Translations under genes and position numbers: made by a program
Notes under the pieces: generated by a model
What the model was told of the DNA's origin: nothing
The model's input: the letters and a program-made list of their open reading frames with translations, nothing else
The model's database searches: none
Assembly: GCA_965208675.1 (NCBI GenBank)
Contig: OZ242351.1
Coordinates: 4,128,001 to 4,192,000 of the forward strand
Direction of reading: 5' to 3'
DNA length: 64,000 nt
DNA from: Candidatus Poribacteria bacterium
Lineage (GTDB): Bacteria > Poribacteria > WGA-4E > PCPOR2b
Shown here: positions 1 through 10,934 of the stretch, in pieces
Layout of the letters: the number at the start of each line of letters is the position of its first letter
Position numbering within the stretch: position 1 is the first letter of the stretch

Positions 1-333
1 TGTTTGGACACACGAGGAAAAAACGCACGACCTTTACCAGCAAAGAACTAAATTCAACTCATCACGATTGGTAGAAAATGTTTGATGTCAAAGCTACTTT
101 CATAGCATTTGAAGCGGCAGGAAATGACTGGTCGTTTACGTGGAGCGTGACTGCTCCATTGCTCCACGCACGGCAACCGACTTGGCGACGGGAATGGGTC
201 GTATATGCGGCATATGGGATATTGAACGGAGGCAGTCTACGATGCTTCTACAAGTCATAGTTCAAGGATACAAATCACTAGTGGATGTCGAGGTATATCT
301 CAAACTCCGCCGGAAAGGAGCTGTTGCAGATAA

Positions 334-666
334 TTGATCTATCGGATGCGCATTTACAGGGCAGTTCCAGAGAACCTGCCCCAGTTTCATCGGTTCTTTT
401 TAGAGAGATTGATGCCAATACAACTACGCCACGGTGCGAGGCTCGTTGGGCGTTGGGAAACACGAGACTGTCGTGTCGTTGCAGTTTGGGAATACGATAG
501 CATGGAGGCGTACGAACAGATTCAGCAGTCCGTGCGCGATGATTCCGATTCAGTTGCAGCGCAAGCGCACCTAAGGACCGTACCTCCGCTGTATACAGAG
601 CGAGAGGAAATCTTTATGACCTCTACAATCAAGGGAATTTGCTATGAATCAAATGATACAATCTGA
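334..666 (+). CDS. NIPSNAP family protein
   Basis: MIYRMRIYR...F...HGARLVGRW...VVAVWEYDSMEAY pattern of the NIPSNAP dimeric alpha/beta barrel; GGAG upstream. Confidence 0.8.
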   Translation: MIYRMRIYRAVPENLPQFHRFFLERLMPIQLRHGARLVGRWETRDCRVVAVWEYDSMEAYEQIQQSVRDDSDSVAAQAHLRTVPPLYTEREEIFMTSTIKGICYESNDTI

Positions 667-705
667 CGGCTTTTAATTATGCCCCGGTGACATTGGGCGT
701 GACGG

Positions 706-1248
706 ATGATTAATTCAAGGAGCTATAGCGTGATTTTTCGAATTTCAACCAAAATAAGTAAGAAGATACACCTGACTCCGGACCAGACATTGCCAGTTGA
801 CCGTAATCCATTTGCGGATTGGTCGGTTCATTTGTTCACTGTCGAACGGATTCAATACGTGCTCATCACGAATACAATCTCACTCTATTCCATGGTCATG
901 TTCGGACGAGGACTGAAGGACGAGCAATCGTTCCGGGAGCGGGTTACAGACTATATGAGTGAATTCATTCGCACTGCCGGACATGAATCGATAGTTGAGA
1001 ATTTCATCGTCCCATCGATGGATACCGTCCGTTTTTCGAAGGCGCTAAACCGATCAGTAATCGGCTCAATGAACGACTTCATATGGCAGGCAAAGTTCCA
1101 TTTAACAGAGGACCATCTATCTCTCTTTGAAGTTGGGTTGCTCTTGAACGAAACGCCCATGTCGTATTTGAATCGTAGCGGTCCAATGGATGTCTTTCCG
1201 AAGCTTGCAATCACGGAGGCAATCGACATAACCCCTCCTGACTCCTAA
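706..1248 (+). CDS. DUF6933-like hypothetical protein
   Basis: NPFADWSVHLF...TNTISLYSMV...NRSVIGSMNDF...LNETPM pattern recalled for DUF6933. Confidence 0.6.
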   Translation: MINSRSYSVIFRISTKISKKIHLTPDQTLPVDRNPFADWSVHLFTVERIQYVLITNTISLYSMVMFGRGLKDEQSFRERVTDYMSEFIRTAGHESIVENFIVPSMDTVRFSKALNRSVIGSMNDFIWQAKFHLTEDHLSLFEVGLLLNETPMSYLNRSGPMDVFPKLAITEAIDITPPDS

Positions 1249-1376
1249 CCCAGGAGGGCACACCTAGTCCATGGTTTGCGTTATGCCGTCTGCGGACGTT
1301 AAATCTTTGGGAACACCTCGAAAATCGCAGAGGAGTTTAAGCCGGCACTACGTTATCAAAAAAATGGTTCAAATTT

Positions 1377-2188
1377 ATGAAAGACTGTGTCAAAAGTCGG
1401 TCTGAAAGCAGCAATACCGCCCTCTACGATTATCCAGATTACTACGAGTTAGCATTTTCATTTCGTGACATCTCGCAGGAAGTAACATGTATTGAGCAAC
1501 TGATTGAGCGGTACGCCAAGACGCCAGTGCTGCGAGTGCTTGAGTTGGCGTGCGGTCCGAGCCCACACCTTCAGGAATTGTGCCAACGAGGTTACGAGTA
1601 TCACGGACTAGATTTGAATGAAAGAATGCTTGCTGCCGGTCGACACAAAGTCACTGAAGGTGCATGGACAACCGAATTTCACAAAGCCTCCATGATAGAC
1701 TTCAACCTGAACACAACATACCAGTTTGCTTTCGTGGCGCTCGGCTCGCTATACGCACGGAACACAGAGGAACTGTCTACTCATTTCAAATCAGTGGCAC
1801 GCGTCCTTGAGAACCTGGTGGACTCTACTTGTTGGACTGGTGTGTGCAGTTTGGACAATCGCCTGCTTTTGCAAAGGAAAGCCAGTTGTGGCGGATGGAA
1901 AGGGATGGCATTGCAATCAAAGTGAACGTCATATTGAGAGATGTAGATCCTGTTGAGCAGATTGTTCAGGAAGAGACGACCTTAAATGTGTCAGACCGCG
2001 GACAAACCTTAACGATATCTAATTGCGACCTACGTAGGGTGATTTATCCGCAGGAATTTCACCTGTTAATTGATGCTATGAATGAGTTCGAGTTTGTGGG
2101 ATGGTGGAACAATTGGGACTTGAACCAACCATTATCGCAGGTAACGGGTGAGATTAATCGGCCAATTGCGGTGGTTCGACGCGTCTAA
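1377..2188 (+). pseudogene. Class I SAM-dependent methyltransferase, frameshifted near 1810
   Basis: VLELACGP motif I in ORF 1377-1925. The expected 'VL-E-PGGLYLLD' continues in another frame (gtc ctt ga gaa cct ggt gga ctc tac ttg ttg gac) into ORF 1829-2188. Confidence 0.75.
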
Positions 2189-2343
2189 CGGATTTGAACA
2201 ATTCAATCGCAAGAATACGGCGTCCGCCTGCCGAAAAGCCACGCTGCATCGGTTTGGTCTTCGGCAGTACCTCGACAAGATCGGAATTGCAGACAGCAAA
2301 AGCGATGGTTGCAATGTAGACCTCCGACATTCGAAGTTTATAC

Positions 2344-3270
2344 ATGAGCGACCGTTTCAACTTGGTTATCGGCGGTGCGATGGAATGCGCGGATGATGTA
2401 CGCACTGTCCTGACGAAGATGGGGCTTGACACCTCTCATCTAGGGACGGTCGAGCTTATTCGGGAAAGACATGGTAATCGCCTCTTTAGAATTGCGCTTG
2501 GAAGTGCCTCTTACGTACTAAAGGTATTCAGGAATCCGGCGACCTCAGCGGAGATAGGGGCGTATGACCTCCTGAAAAATCTTGGTGTTCCTACTCTTCA
2601 CACCATTGCGGCAACGGATGATGCGCTTCTGCTTGAAGATCTTAAAGTCAGCAGCGATTTCAGACTTGCGAGCGAGGATGATATCGAAAAGCCTGAAGTT
2701 GGCGCTGCACTAGCGCACTGGTATCGTATTCTTCACGACGCAGGCTCAAGGTTCCGGATAAGCCAGACTGAGACTACATTCTTGCGGCGTGAGATTGAGG
2801 AATTGACTCCTACGTCGATTTTGAATTTAGCCTCGAAGATTGGCGGCTCAAATCAGTCCGAGTGGAATAATCTAGCTGACAACATTGACAGAATTAAAAA
2901 CGCGGCGATGGCATCTGCCGAGACGTTGACCTACAATGACTTTCATTGGACCAATTTGGCACTGTCCCGCGCTGTGAAACCGATTGAGGCTATTGTGTTT
3001 GACTATCATCTTTTGGGTGTAGGATTGCGGTATTCGGACTACAGAAACGTGCTAAGTTCTCTTGGGAAAAATGCTGCGGCTGCATTCCGTTCTGAATTCG
3101 GTGAGACCGATCCGAGGGAGAAAGTTTTGGACGACTTGATGGCGCTTTTGAATGCTCTCGCGGTAGCCTTCCGCCGTCACAAATTCCCTTCTTGGGCGGA
3201 GGCGCCTCTCGAACTTGTAAAAACGGGGGAGATTCACAGCAGATTTAAAGCGGTCATGGAGATTCTGTAA
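2344..3270 (+). CDS. Aminoglycoside phosphotransferase / choline kinase-like protein
   Basis: YVLK, LLLEDL, Brenner-like TYNDFHWTNL and IVFDY motifs. Confidence 0.7.
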   Translation: MSDRFNLVIGGAMECADDVRTVLTKMGLDTSHLGTVELIRERHGNRLFRIALGSASYVLKVFRNPATSAEIGAYDLLKNLGVPTLHTIAATDDALLLEDLKVSSDFRLASEDDIEKPEVGAALAHWYRILHDAGSRFRISQTETTFLRREIEELTPTSILNLASKIGGSNQSEWNNLADNIDRIKNAAMASAETLTYNDFHWTNLALSRAVKPIEAIVFDYHLLGVGLRYSDYRNVLSSLGKNAAAAFRSEFGETDPREKVLDDLMALLNALAVAFRRHKFPSWAEAPLELVKTGEIHSRFKAVMEIL

Positions 3271-3375
3271 GGGAAGCTGCCAGACTAGTTTTCTCGACAA
3301 GTGGTGATAGCGGGCTACCTGCAATTGACGCCTGTACCCACCGCATGAATTAACGAAACCATCAACTGAACTTGC

Positions 3376-4224
3376 TTGAGTGGACGGATGAGTTCTAAGC
3401 ACAGTTACTACAGTCCGGCGTGGGTAGCCGATTACTACGATGAATACGGCGAACAGGAATGCGAACGATATGATCGGAGACCTGCGAACGAGGTTAGTTT
3501 ATTCCTCCACACGCATTATCTGAAACAATTCGTAAAAACCGGTTCGCGAGTTTTGGATGTAGGCGCCGGCCCTGGGCGTTTCACCGGTATTATGGCTGAC
3601 ATGGGTTGCCGCGTTGTGGCAGCAGATATATCGCAGGTACAACTCGATTTACATCGAAAATCTGCGGAAGCGCTGGGCTTTGAAAGTGCCGTGGAGGAAC
3701 GCCTGCAACTAGATATTTGCGATATGAGTTGTCTGTCCAGCGATTCCTTTGATGCCGTTATCTGTTACGGCGGCCCTTTGAGCTATGTCTTCGACCGTGC
3801 GTCAACTGCAATGGCGGAATGTGCTCGGGTTTGCCGGAAAGGCGGCCACGTTCTAGCCAGCGTCATGTCTCTTTGGGGCGCGGCTCATCGGAACTTGGAG
3901 ATGGTGCTTTCGGTACCGCCGGAAAATAACCAGAAGATTACTGAGACCGGCGACTTAACGCCGGAGAATTGGGGTGATGTTCGCCATCGGTGCCACATGT
4001 TTCGGCCAGATGAAGTGCGGCGGATGGTGCGCCAAGCGGAGTTGGCGCTGGTTGCAATTTCCGCTTCAAACTGTGTTTCAAACTGTTGGGATAATCTACT
4101 CATTGACGTAAAGGCAGATCGAGAAAAGTGGCAGGAACTCCTCAGAATGGAGATTGCCGCTAGCAGCGAAGAGGGTTGTCTAGGCATGGGCTCCCATATC
4201 ATTGTGGTTGGGAGAAAGGAGTAG
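3376..4224 (+). CDS. Class I SAM-dependent methyltransferase
   Basis: VLDVGAGPG motif I, FDAVICYGGPLSY, RVCRKGG. Confidence 0.85.
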   Translation: MSGRMSSKHSYYSPAWVADYYDEYGEQECERYDRRPANEVSLFLHTHYLKQFVKTGSRVLDVGAGPGRFTGIMADMGCRVVAADISQVQLDLHRKSAEALGFESAVEERLQLDICDMSCLSSDSFDAVICYGGPLSYVFDRASTAMAECARVCRKGGHVLASVMSLWGAAHRNLEMVLSVPPENNQKITETGDLTPENWGDVRHRCHMFRPDEVRRMVRQAELALVAISASNCVSNCWDNLLIDVKADREKWQELLRMEIAASSEEGCLGMGSHIIVVGRKE

Positions 4225-4330
4225 GCAAGGTATAGGGATGTAATGATTTCTATTCCTGCTCATAATCCAATTCGCGCAATGGTTTCTAATTCCAAGCAAG
4301 CGGGGGCCGCCTGCATTAAGTTTAACTTGT

Positions 4331-4479
4331 TAGGAGTTACGCAGTTGAACGACTGAAGGTTTGTAGTAGGGCAATTTATTGCCCGTTTTTACATAAAACA
4401 TTTGTCAGGTCAAGGAAGTGAAAGACCTGTCGGACGCGCAATAAATTGTGCGACTACAAACTGAACTGCGTAAGTTCTA
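4331..4479. mobile_element. MITE/REP-like nested palindromic element
   Basis: Outer imperfect IR taggagttacgcagttga (4331) / tgaactgcgtaagttcta (4479). Inner IR gtttgtagtagggcaatttattgc (4359) / gcaataaattgtgcgactacaaac (4461). TA at both ends. Confidence 0.7.
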
Positions 4480-4520
4480 CTTATTTTAAGATGATAACTC
4501 CTGCCAAAGAGGATTTTCGG

Positions 4521-5249
4521 ATGTTAAAGCGGATTTCTACTACCGTATATATGTGGTCCGAGGGTCATGGGGCGGCTAGAAATGAACCGTATATTTGGAA
4601 CAGCTATCTCATTCAGGTGAAGGAACGGGGCGTTTTAATCCTTGTCGATCCGCTTCCACTTTCCGATGAAGAAATTCGAGAAGTTGAAGAAATCGGTGCG
4701 CCCTCTCACATTCTGCTTACATGCAACTGGCACTATCGAGAATCGGATGTATTCAGGCAAAAGTGGGGTTGTGAAGTTTACCTGCACGAAGACGGATTGA
4801 TGGACTCAGAGGTGCCAATAGATGAAACATTGCAGGATAGGGATGTGTTGTGGGACCTGATACAAGTGATTCATGTTCCGGATGTTCACTATGTCGAGGA
4901 AGTTGCGTTTCTGATTAAGGGTGATGGAAATACCATGATTGTCGGGGATTTGCTCTGCGGCGGAAGAAAAGACAGAGGTGTTCCTGACGGTGAACTTTGG
5001 ATAAATGCGCCGGAGTATATCTTGGACCTTCAAGATGCACGGAACTCCCTTCGAAAGTTGAATGAGTATTCTTTCGAGAAATTGTGTTTTGGTCACGGAA
5101 CCCCAATCACGCAAGCGGCTAACGCGGTGTTCAATGAATTTATCGAAAATGACGGCGCATGGGAGAAGTTGGAAGTTGAAAAGGTTGAGAGAGCGGGTGC
5201 TGCCTCGCGAGAATTTCTGAGGATCATGGAAACAAGAGGGTCGCGCTAA
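4521..5249 (+). CDS. MBL-fold metallo-hydrolase
   Basis: ILVDP, LTCNWHYRES (HxHxD variant), IVGDLL, LCFGHG. Start moved to ATG 4521 (AGAGGA RBS) because the ORF-track start lies inside the MITE. Confidence 0.75.
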   Translation: MLKRISTTVYMWSEGHGAARNEPYIWNSYLIQVKERGVLILVDPLPLSDEEIREVEEIGAPSHILLTCNWHYRESDVFRQKWGCEVYLHEDGLMDSEVPIDETLQDRDVLWDLIQVIHVPDVHYVEEVAFLIKGDGNTMIVGDLLCGGRKDRGVPDGELWINAPEYILDLQDARNSLRKLNEYSFEKLCFGHGTPITQAANAVFNEFIENDGAWEKLEVEKVERAGAASREFLRIMETRGSR

Positions 5250-5323
5250 GTGGTGCATCTTACACGGTTTTTTTGGGATTATTTCACGTGATTGACGTGC
5301 ATGCGCTTTAATTTTACGCTATT

Positions 5324-6046
5324 ATGGAGAAAATCTACGGCAAACATTCAGTAAATGCGGTTTTCCATACGCGCCCCCGCGCTGTTCGACGCATTATTCT
5401 TCTTGACGGTAGAAAGTCCTCGCTCAACGAAGAGTATATAGAACATGCACACCGCCACAGTATTCAACCTGAGATATTGCCGCGGGAAAAATTCTTGCGC
5501 GCTACAGAATTAACTGAAGACGACAAACATCAAGGTATTTGCATTTTTGCCGAGCCGCGGACGATTTACGGCGAGAAAGATTTGGAAATCCTTCGAGAAG
5601 GTCGGGTTATTCTTGCTCTTGACCAAGTTTCCAACCCTCAAAACTTAGGCACAATGCTACGGAATGCGGCATTTTTCGGTGCAGACGCGGTCATTTTATT
5701 GCGGAATCGTTCAACAGATATTACTCCGACCGTAACGCGAGTCGCGGTTGGCGCTGCGGAATTCGTGAAGATTTTCAAGGTAATAAACTTAGCGAGAAGT
5801 TTGGACGCACTAAAAAAAATCGGATTTTGGGTGTACGGCTTGGACGAAAGCGGTCAGAAAACTCTCGCAGAGACGGATTTTGATGAAAAAACAGTTTTCG
5901 TCGTCGGCGCAGAGGGAGAAGGACTTCGTCTCCGAACAAAGAAGTTTTGCGACGAACTTGTGCGTATCCCGGGCGGACAGCATGGCATAGAAAGTTTGAA
6001 TGCGGGAGTTGCTACGGCCGTGGCACTGGCGGAGTTTTTTCGCTAA
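5324..6046 (+). CDS. rlmB: 23S rRNA Gm2251 2'-O-methyltransferase (TrmH/SpoU family)
   Basis: IYGKHSV, HQGI, LDQVSNPQNLGTMLRNAAFFG, VGAEGEGLR, IESLNAGVA SPOUT motifs. Confidence 0.85.
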   Translation: MEKIYGKHSVNAVFHTRPRAVRRIILLDGRKSSLNEEYIEHAHRHSIQPEILPREKFLRATELTEDDKHQGICIFAEPRTIYGEKDLEILREGRVILALDQVSNPQNLGTMLRNAAFFGADAVILLRNRSTDITPTVTRVAVGAAEFVKIFKVINLARSLDALKKIGFWVYGLDESGQKTLAETDFDEKTVFVVGAEGEGLRLRTKKFCDELVRIPGGQHGIESLNAGVATAVALAEFFR

Positions 6047-6170
6047 ATGAATGAATCATTCGAATGCGGCATTCTATCAAGCTGATTCTCGGAATTGATG
6101 GTTGCCAACCGTGGCTGGAGGATGGCTCGCCCATTCATAGAAGCATAGGATTAGAAGGGGGATAACGACT

Positions 6171-7904
6171 GTGAAAGATACTCTTCGGGGAAAAGATTCT
6201 TCCAGCGGCGATTCGCCGATGGACGCGGAAAGTATCTGCCAAGCAGCGCAGGCGGGTGACCTTCAGCGGGTTAAGGAGATACTCGCTGTCAAACCTGAAT
6301 TAGCCACGCAGGATCTCGGCTCAAATAATGAGCACCAGCCCATCCATTTTGCGGCGGAAGAAGGTCACGCTGAAATCGTGCGTGAGTTACTGGAAGCTGG
6401 CGCCGATCCGCACAATGGTATTTATCCGCACCGTGAGGCGACGAGTGCGCTGACCATGGCGACAGACCGCGGGCACACCTCCGTCATTGCGGTCATTGAG
6501 GCGTGGCTCAATGAACAGCATGGAACGACACCAAAGGGTGAAGCCTTTGCCCAGGCCGCGGCGCGCGGCGATATTGAACGTGTCCGCTCAATGCTTGACG
6601 AGGATGCCGAGCTAATCAATGCAACTGACATGGGCGGAGGAACTACGCTTTTCAGAGCGGTACATAGGGCTGATTTGCCGCTATTGCTTGAGTTGCTAGA
6701 CCGTGGTGCCGACGTAGACTATCGTGCCGCGGATGGGAGCCGGCCTATTCACCATTGCCTCGCGCACAGTTGGAAGGTGCCTGACGAGATGTACAAAACC
6801 TATGTGCTTATTGCGGGTGCGTTGATTGCCCGAGGCGCAGCGTATACCCTCTGGGTCGCCTGCGGCATTGGCGATGTTGAAGGTGTTAAACGAATATTGG
6901 ACGCGTGCGAGGACAGAAGCTCATTGTGCAAGAGTCGTCAGCCGTTTTGGACCGACTATGAAAACCCGCTTGTCGTTGCCTGTTTTCAAGGACATGCAGC
7001 AGTCGTCCAGTTGCTCATCGACGCTGGTGTGGATCCAGATTCGCCATTTGAAATCGACGTCGCCGGCGAGAAGGTAAAGCAATGGGGCCATCCGCTCTGG
7101 ATTGCGGCGAACCGTGGGCATTACGATGTTGTAAAATTGCTCCTTGAACGGGGCGCAAACCCGAACACGGCGGTCTATGCCGCCGGTAACGCTGTTTGTT
7201 GGGCATATCAATACGGGCACAAGCGTGTTGCCGATTTGATGTTTCAGCACGGTGCGGTCGCGGATCTGTTGAGTTATTGCCTGACAAACAATCTTCCTGC
7301 CATCTCGGAGATTCTTCATCGGGACACATCAGCACGCAACGGAATTCTGTGGGACGCAATTCTGGCGGGCAATGTTGATGTGGTTGCGATGGCACTGCGC
7401 GATAACCCACCGCATGATGAAGCAAACGGATTCAAGCTGTTAGAAGCGGCGGTACGCGGCTGGCGGCTAGGGGACCTGAAAATCAGCAACGAGGGATTCG
7501 ACCGCCGCAATGCCGTCACAATACTAGGTATGCTGCTTGAACATGGTGTGAACCCGAATCTGAGAAACCCACGAGATGAACGGTTCAATTTTACGATTTT
7601 GCATCATCTTGCGGGTAAAAGCTGCAACTCCCGAACATACGGGCATACGGAGGACGAGGTCGTTGAATTCGCTCGTCTGCTGCTTGACTACGGCGCCGAT
7701 GTCAATGCCATAGAAAACAAACTCAAGTCAACCCCGCTGGGTTGGGCAGCCCGTTTCGGATGCCAGAAGTTGGCTGCGTTCCTGCTTGACCGCGGCGCGG
7801 ACCCCAATCTAGCCGACGCGCCGTGGGCGACACCAACGGCTTGGGCGAAGAGAGAGGGACATGCCGCAATTGCCATGACTCTTCACGAACGTGGCGCAGC
7901 ATAG
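6171..7904 (+). CDS. Ankyrin repeat protein
   Basis: Many ANK repeats ([56 protein letters not shown]). Confidence 0.9.
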   Translation: MKDTLRGKDSSSGDSPMDAESICQAAQAGDLQRVKEILAVKPELATQDLGSNNEHQPIHFAAEEGHAEIVRELLEAGADPHNGIYPHREATSALTMATDRGHTSVIAVIEAWLNEQHGTTPKGEAFAQAAARGDIERVRSMLDEDAELINATDMGGGTTLFRAVHRADLPLLLELLDRGADVDYRAADGSRPIHHCLAHSWKVPDEMYKTYVLIAGALIARGAAYTLWVACGIGDVEGVKRILDACEDRSSLCKSRQPFWTDYENPLVVACFQGHAAVVQLLIDAGVDPDSPFEIDVAGEKVKQWGHPLWIAANRGHYDVVKLLLERGANPNTAVYAAGNAVCWAYQYGHKRVADLMFQHGAVADLLSYCLTNNLPAISEILHRDTSARNGILWDAILAGNVDVVAMALRDNPPHDEANGFKLLEAAVRGWRLGDLKISNEGFDRRNAVTILGMLLEHGVNPNLRNPRDERFNFTILHHLAGKSCNSRTYGHTEDEVVEFARLLLDYGADVNAIENKLKSTPLGWAARFGCQKLAAFLLDRGADPNLADAPWATPTAWAKREGHAAIAMTLHERGAA

Positions 7905-8079
7905 TGCGTTCAAAGCTAGACGCCAAAGGATTTTGCAAAATAGTTTGCGGAATACCGATTGACTAAATCTAACTCGCAACGATGTTCCCTGCATCGGGAT
8001 GTATTAGCCCTTCGTTCAACGGCTCACGGCTCGGGCATAACCAAGTGATACCGTGGCTGTTACGATTGGTAATGTGCAT

Positions 8080-8197
8080 TATACTCACTTAGGTTCGTAT
8101 TTACACAAGGAGGGATTGACTGATTGATAATCGAGGCTAAGAAGCCTCTCCCACAAACCAATGAGTAAATGCACAATTTCTAGTTGCAATGACTATA
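8080..8197. repeat. Dispersed MITE-like repeat, copy 1
   Basis: Shares atttacacaaggag...aatcgaggcta(a/g)gaagcctctcc(c/t)aca.accaatga.taaatg with 29918-30163. Degenerate tata(g/c)tc...gactata ends. Confidence 0.6.
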
Positions 8198-8541
8198 GTA
8201 TAGACTCGATAGTAAAGGTGATAATTGACAGACCGATGGGATCTCGGCATCCCAATCACGGCTTTATCTATCCCGTGAACTACGGGTATGTTCCCGGAAC
8301 ACTCGCTGGGGATGGAGAGGAGGTCGACGCCTACATTCTAGGCGAGTTTGAACCGCTGGATTCGTTCGTGGGTAACGTTATTGGGCTTATCGTCCGCAAT
8401 GATGACGACGAGAATAAGTTAGTTGTCTCTAGATATGTGGACCGATATGGAGCAGATGCGATTAAGGCATTGACGGAATTCCAAGAGCGCTTTTTCGATT
8501 CCCACGTGATTTCATTTGTTGAGAAGCCTGCAACGGGATGA
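8161..8541 (+). CDS. Inorganic pyrophosphatase (short family I type)
   Basis: IDRPMGSRHP, YPVNYGYVPGT, DGEEVDAY, DDDENKLVV. The first ~12 codons lie inside the repeat element. Confidence 0.85.
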   Translation: MSKCTISSCNDYSIDSIVKVIIDRPMGSRHPNHGFIYPVNYGYVPGTLAGDGEEVDAYILGEFEPLDSFVGNVIGLIVRNDDDENKLVVSRYVDRYGADAIKALTEFQERFFDSHVISFVEKPATG

Positions 8542-8632
8542 TTTTGCACCTGTGTTTAACGTTTCTTAGGTAAGCAGAAAAAGAAATCCTCGCGCGTATC
8601 CTGTACAGGTGCTTTCTTCACGAGGCACATAG

Positions 8633-9214
8633 ATGTCTGATAGATTTAGAACCTGTTTGAAAAGTATGTAGCGGAGCCGGTTTTTGGTCATTTCAGGGCA
8701 ATAATCATCGGAATTTCAGGGCATTTACCCCAAAACAGCTTTTCCGGAAGACGGATTTGGACTTTTCAAACAGGTTCTTAAGCTTATTGCCACCGTCCAT
8801 GTATTTCTAACGAAAAATGACAGTGAAATTTTGCTCTTGAGGCGTTTCAATACAGGGTATGAGGACGGCAATTACAGCGTGATTGCCGGGCACATCAACG
8901 GTAACGAGGAGATTAAGGCAGCGGCAATCCGAGAAGCGAAGGAAGAGGCAGGAATCGAGATTCAGCTATCGGATATCAACGTGGTTGGGGTTATGCACAG
9001 GAAGGGAGAGGATGAACGGGTGGACTTTTTTCTTGCTGCCGCCAGATGGGACGGGCGCGTCGTCAATGCAGAACCGGAAAAATGCGACGATCTATCCTGG
9101 CATTCTGTCCACGATTTACCCGCCAATATGGTGCCTTATGTTAGGCGGGCACTCGAAAACTATCGGAAGGGCAAGTATTTTGAAAGTTTCGGCTGGGATG
9201 AAACGACCGAATAG
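8633..9214 (+). pseudogene. NUDIX hydrolase interrupted by a MITE
   Basis: Nudix box AGHINGNEEIKAAAIREAKEEAG. Removing the MITE restores MSDRFKLIATVHVFLTKNDSEILLLRRFNTGYEDG. Confidence 0.85.
8649..8777. mobile_element. 129-bp MITE with 17-bp terminal IR and TTA target duplication
   Basis: gaacctgtttgaaaagt (8649-8665) and acttttcaaacaggttc (8761-8777) form a perfect IR. TTA at 8646-8648 and 8778-8780. Confidence 0.9.
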
Positions 9215-9484
9215 GATTGAGCGCGTGAATGGCGAGCGCATTAGGGATTTCAGTGCGACAGAGAAGCCGCAGGTAAAGGGATTGATAGCAGGTGATAACA
9301 AAAACATGAAAAGCCTATTATTAGCGATTAAATTGCCTAGTCACCTACTATTCAAACAGGTTCTGACAGGCGCGCGGTTTGGTGTATGTGTACGTCCGCC
9401 CAACTGCAAGAGTTTCGCAACAGAGAGAACATAAGATGAGTAGGAACGGACATATCCCATCGGATGACGCGGCAGGAGTAAGGC

Positions 9485-10258
9485 ATGAGCATCAATGAAG
9501 CCGAATTAGAGCGATTTCATACCGACGGCCTTGTGACTTTGTCACCGAATTTTCCTCGTGGATGGCTCGAAGCTGCAAATGAAGCTATAGATGCGCTCGA
9601 CGATACCGATTTCAACCCCGAAGACGGGAGAGGTTTAGCCGGTTGGTATATGGGCGACGTCGTGCAATCCGGGTTATTGAGGCTTATCTACGATCCATTC
9701 TTCGAGGACGCTGCCAAGGGAGTCTTGCGTGCGGACGCAGTCGAATTGACGCTTGTGTCTCTGCGAGTGACGAAACCAAAGCCCAACGCCTCAGCGGCAT
9801 TTGAACCGCAACACGTTGATTTCAAATGTGGAACGGCCTCTTCCGAAAGCACGCCCGTTGCGATGCCCTGTGGCTTTTTTGTGTGGCTGACGGATGTCCA
9901 GGCGGATAATTGCCCTTTGTATTACCGCCCCGGCAGTCATTTACAGGTGATGCACTACATGGACAATCATCCGGACGACAATAATCATGAGATCCAACAA
10001 GCGCCGCCTAATCTTGAGTACGCGCCCGCGGTTCCGGTATTTGCGCAAAGTGGGCAAGTTTCCACGCTTTCAGGGACACTTGTCCACGGCGGATCTGTGA
10101 CGCCAGGGCATCGGGAACGTAGACTTCTCGTGATCGAGTTTAGAGCAAAAGGCACCGATTTTCCGTTGTACGCTCAGTTGGAGGAACGCAGCAGAAAATA
10201 CCTACAGGAGTTGAAGAATCACCTGCCATCCCACAGACTGCATCTGCTTCCTGAATAA
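9485..10258 (+). CDS. Phytanoyl-CoA dioxygenase (PhyH) family protein
   Basis: FHTDGLV, HVD facial-triad motif, PGSH, distal HGG. Confidence 0.8.
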   Translation: MSINEAELERFHTDGLVTLSPNFPRGWLEAANEAIDALDDTDFNPEDGRGLAGWYMGDVVQSGLLRLIYDPFFEDAAKGVLRADAVELTLVSLRVTKPKPNASAAFEPQHVDFKCGTASSESTPVAMPCGFFVWLTDVQADNCPLYYRPGSHLQVMHYMDNHPDDNNHEIQQAPPNLEYAPAVPVFAQSGQVSTLSGTLVHGGSVTPGHRERRLLVIEFRAKGTDFPLYAQLEERSRKYLQELKNHLPSHRLHLLPE

Positions 10259-10298
10259 GCCATGATATATTCTACTACGACACCGAAATTCTCACGCC

Positions 10299-10760
10299 AT
10301 GAAATTGAAAATTGAAAATCGTGATTGTGTTTTTTGTAGAATCGTAGGTGGTGAGACGGATTCTGCAACGGTATTTGAGGACGATGCGACTTTGGCATTC
10401 ATGGACCACCGGCAAAGCAACGAGGGGCACGTCTTGGTTGTTCCGAAAAGTCATTACGAACAAATCTATGACGTAGACGACGACACCGCATCGGCGCTTG
10501 CCAAAACGGTGCGGAATGTGGCACGTGCTGTGCGCCAAGTCTATGAACCGGAAGGCATATCCATTTGGCAGTCGAACGGCGCCGCGGCAAATCAGGAGGT
10601 ACCGCATGTTCATTGGCACGTTTTTCCGCGATACACCAACGATGGGCATCTTGTGGTGTATCCTGGGGGTACCGCCGGCAGACCGCGAAACAAACCGGTA
10701 GAAAATCTGAGAAGGATTTCTGTGCCTTTGATAGAAGCACTTAAGAATGGCATCGCTTAA
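10299..10760 (+). CDS. HIT family hydrolase
   Basis: CVFC, GHVLVVPKSH, NGAAANQEVPHVHWHVFPR histidine triad. Confidence 0.9.
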   Translation: MKLKIENRDCVFCRIVGGETDSATVFEDDATLAFMDHRQSNEGHVLVVPKSHYEQIYDVDDDTASALAKTVRNVARAVRQVYEPEGISIWQSNGAAANQEVPHVHWHVFPRYTNDGHLVVYPGGTAGRPRNKPVENLRRISVPLIEALKNGIA

Positions 10761-10934
10761 CATTGCGGTTTAGTGCTATGTTATTGGGGCAGTTGTTTCC
10801 TTCGGACGATCCCTCTACAGCCTCTGAAATCGCTGACCCGCAGCGTGCAAACCAACAGCGCCTTGATTACAGATTGAAACCTTGTTTTTTTCCCTCAAAA
10901 ATAACTCAGTCAGCCGAACACATGGAGAACAGTA

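Noticed and set aside
1-337. Short ORFs at the window start
   Set aside because: No recognisable motifs or consistent long frame, so no call can be supported.
8883-9434. 183-aa ORF overlapping the NUDIX gene as a transposase
   Set aside because: It is an alternative frame of the NUDIX gene plus intergenic DNA, with no DDE or HUH motif.
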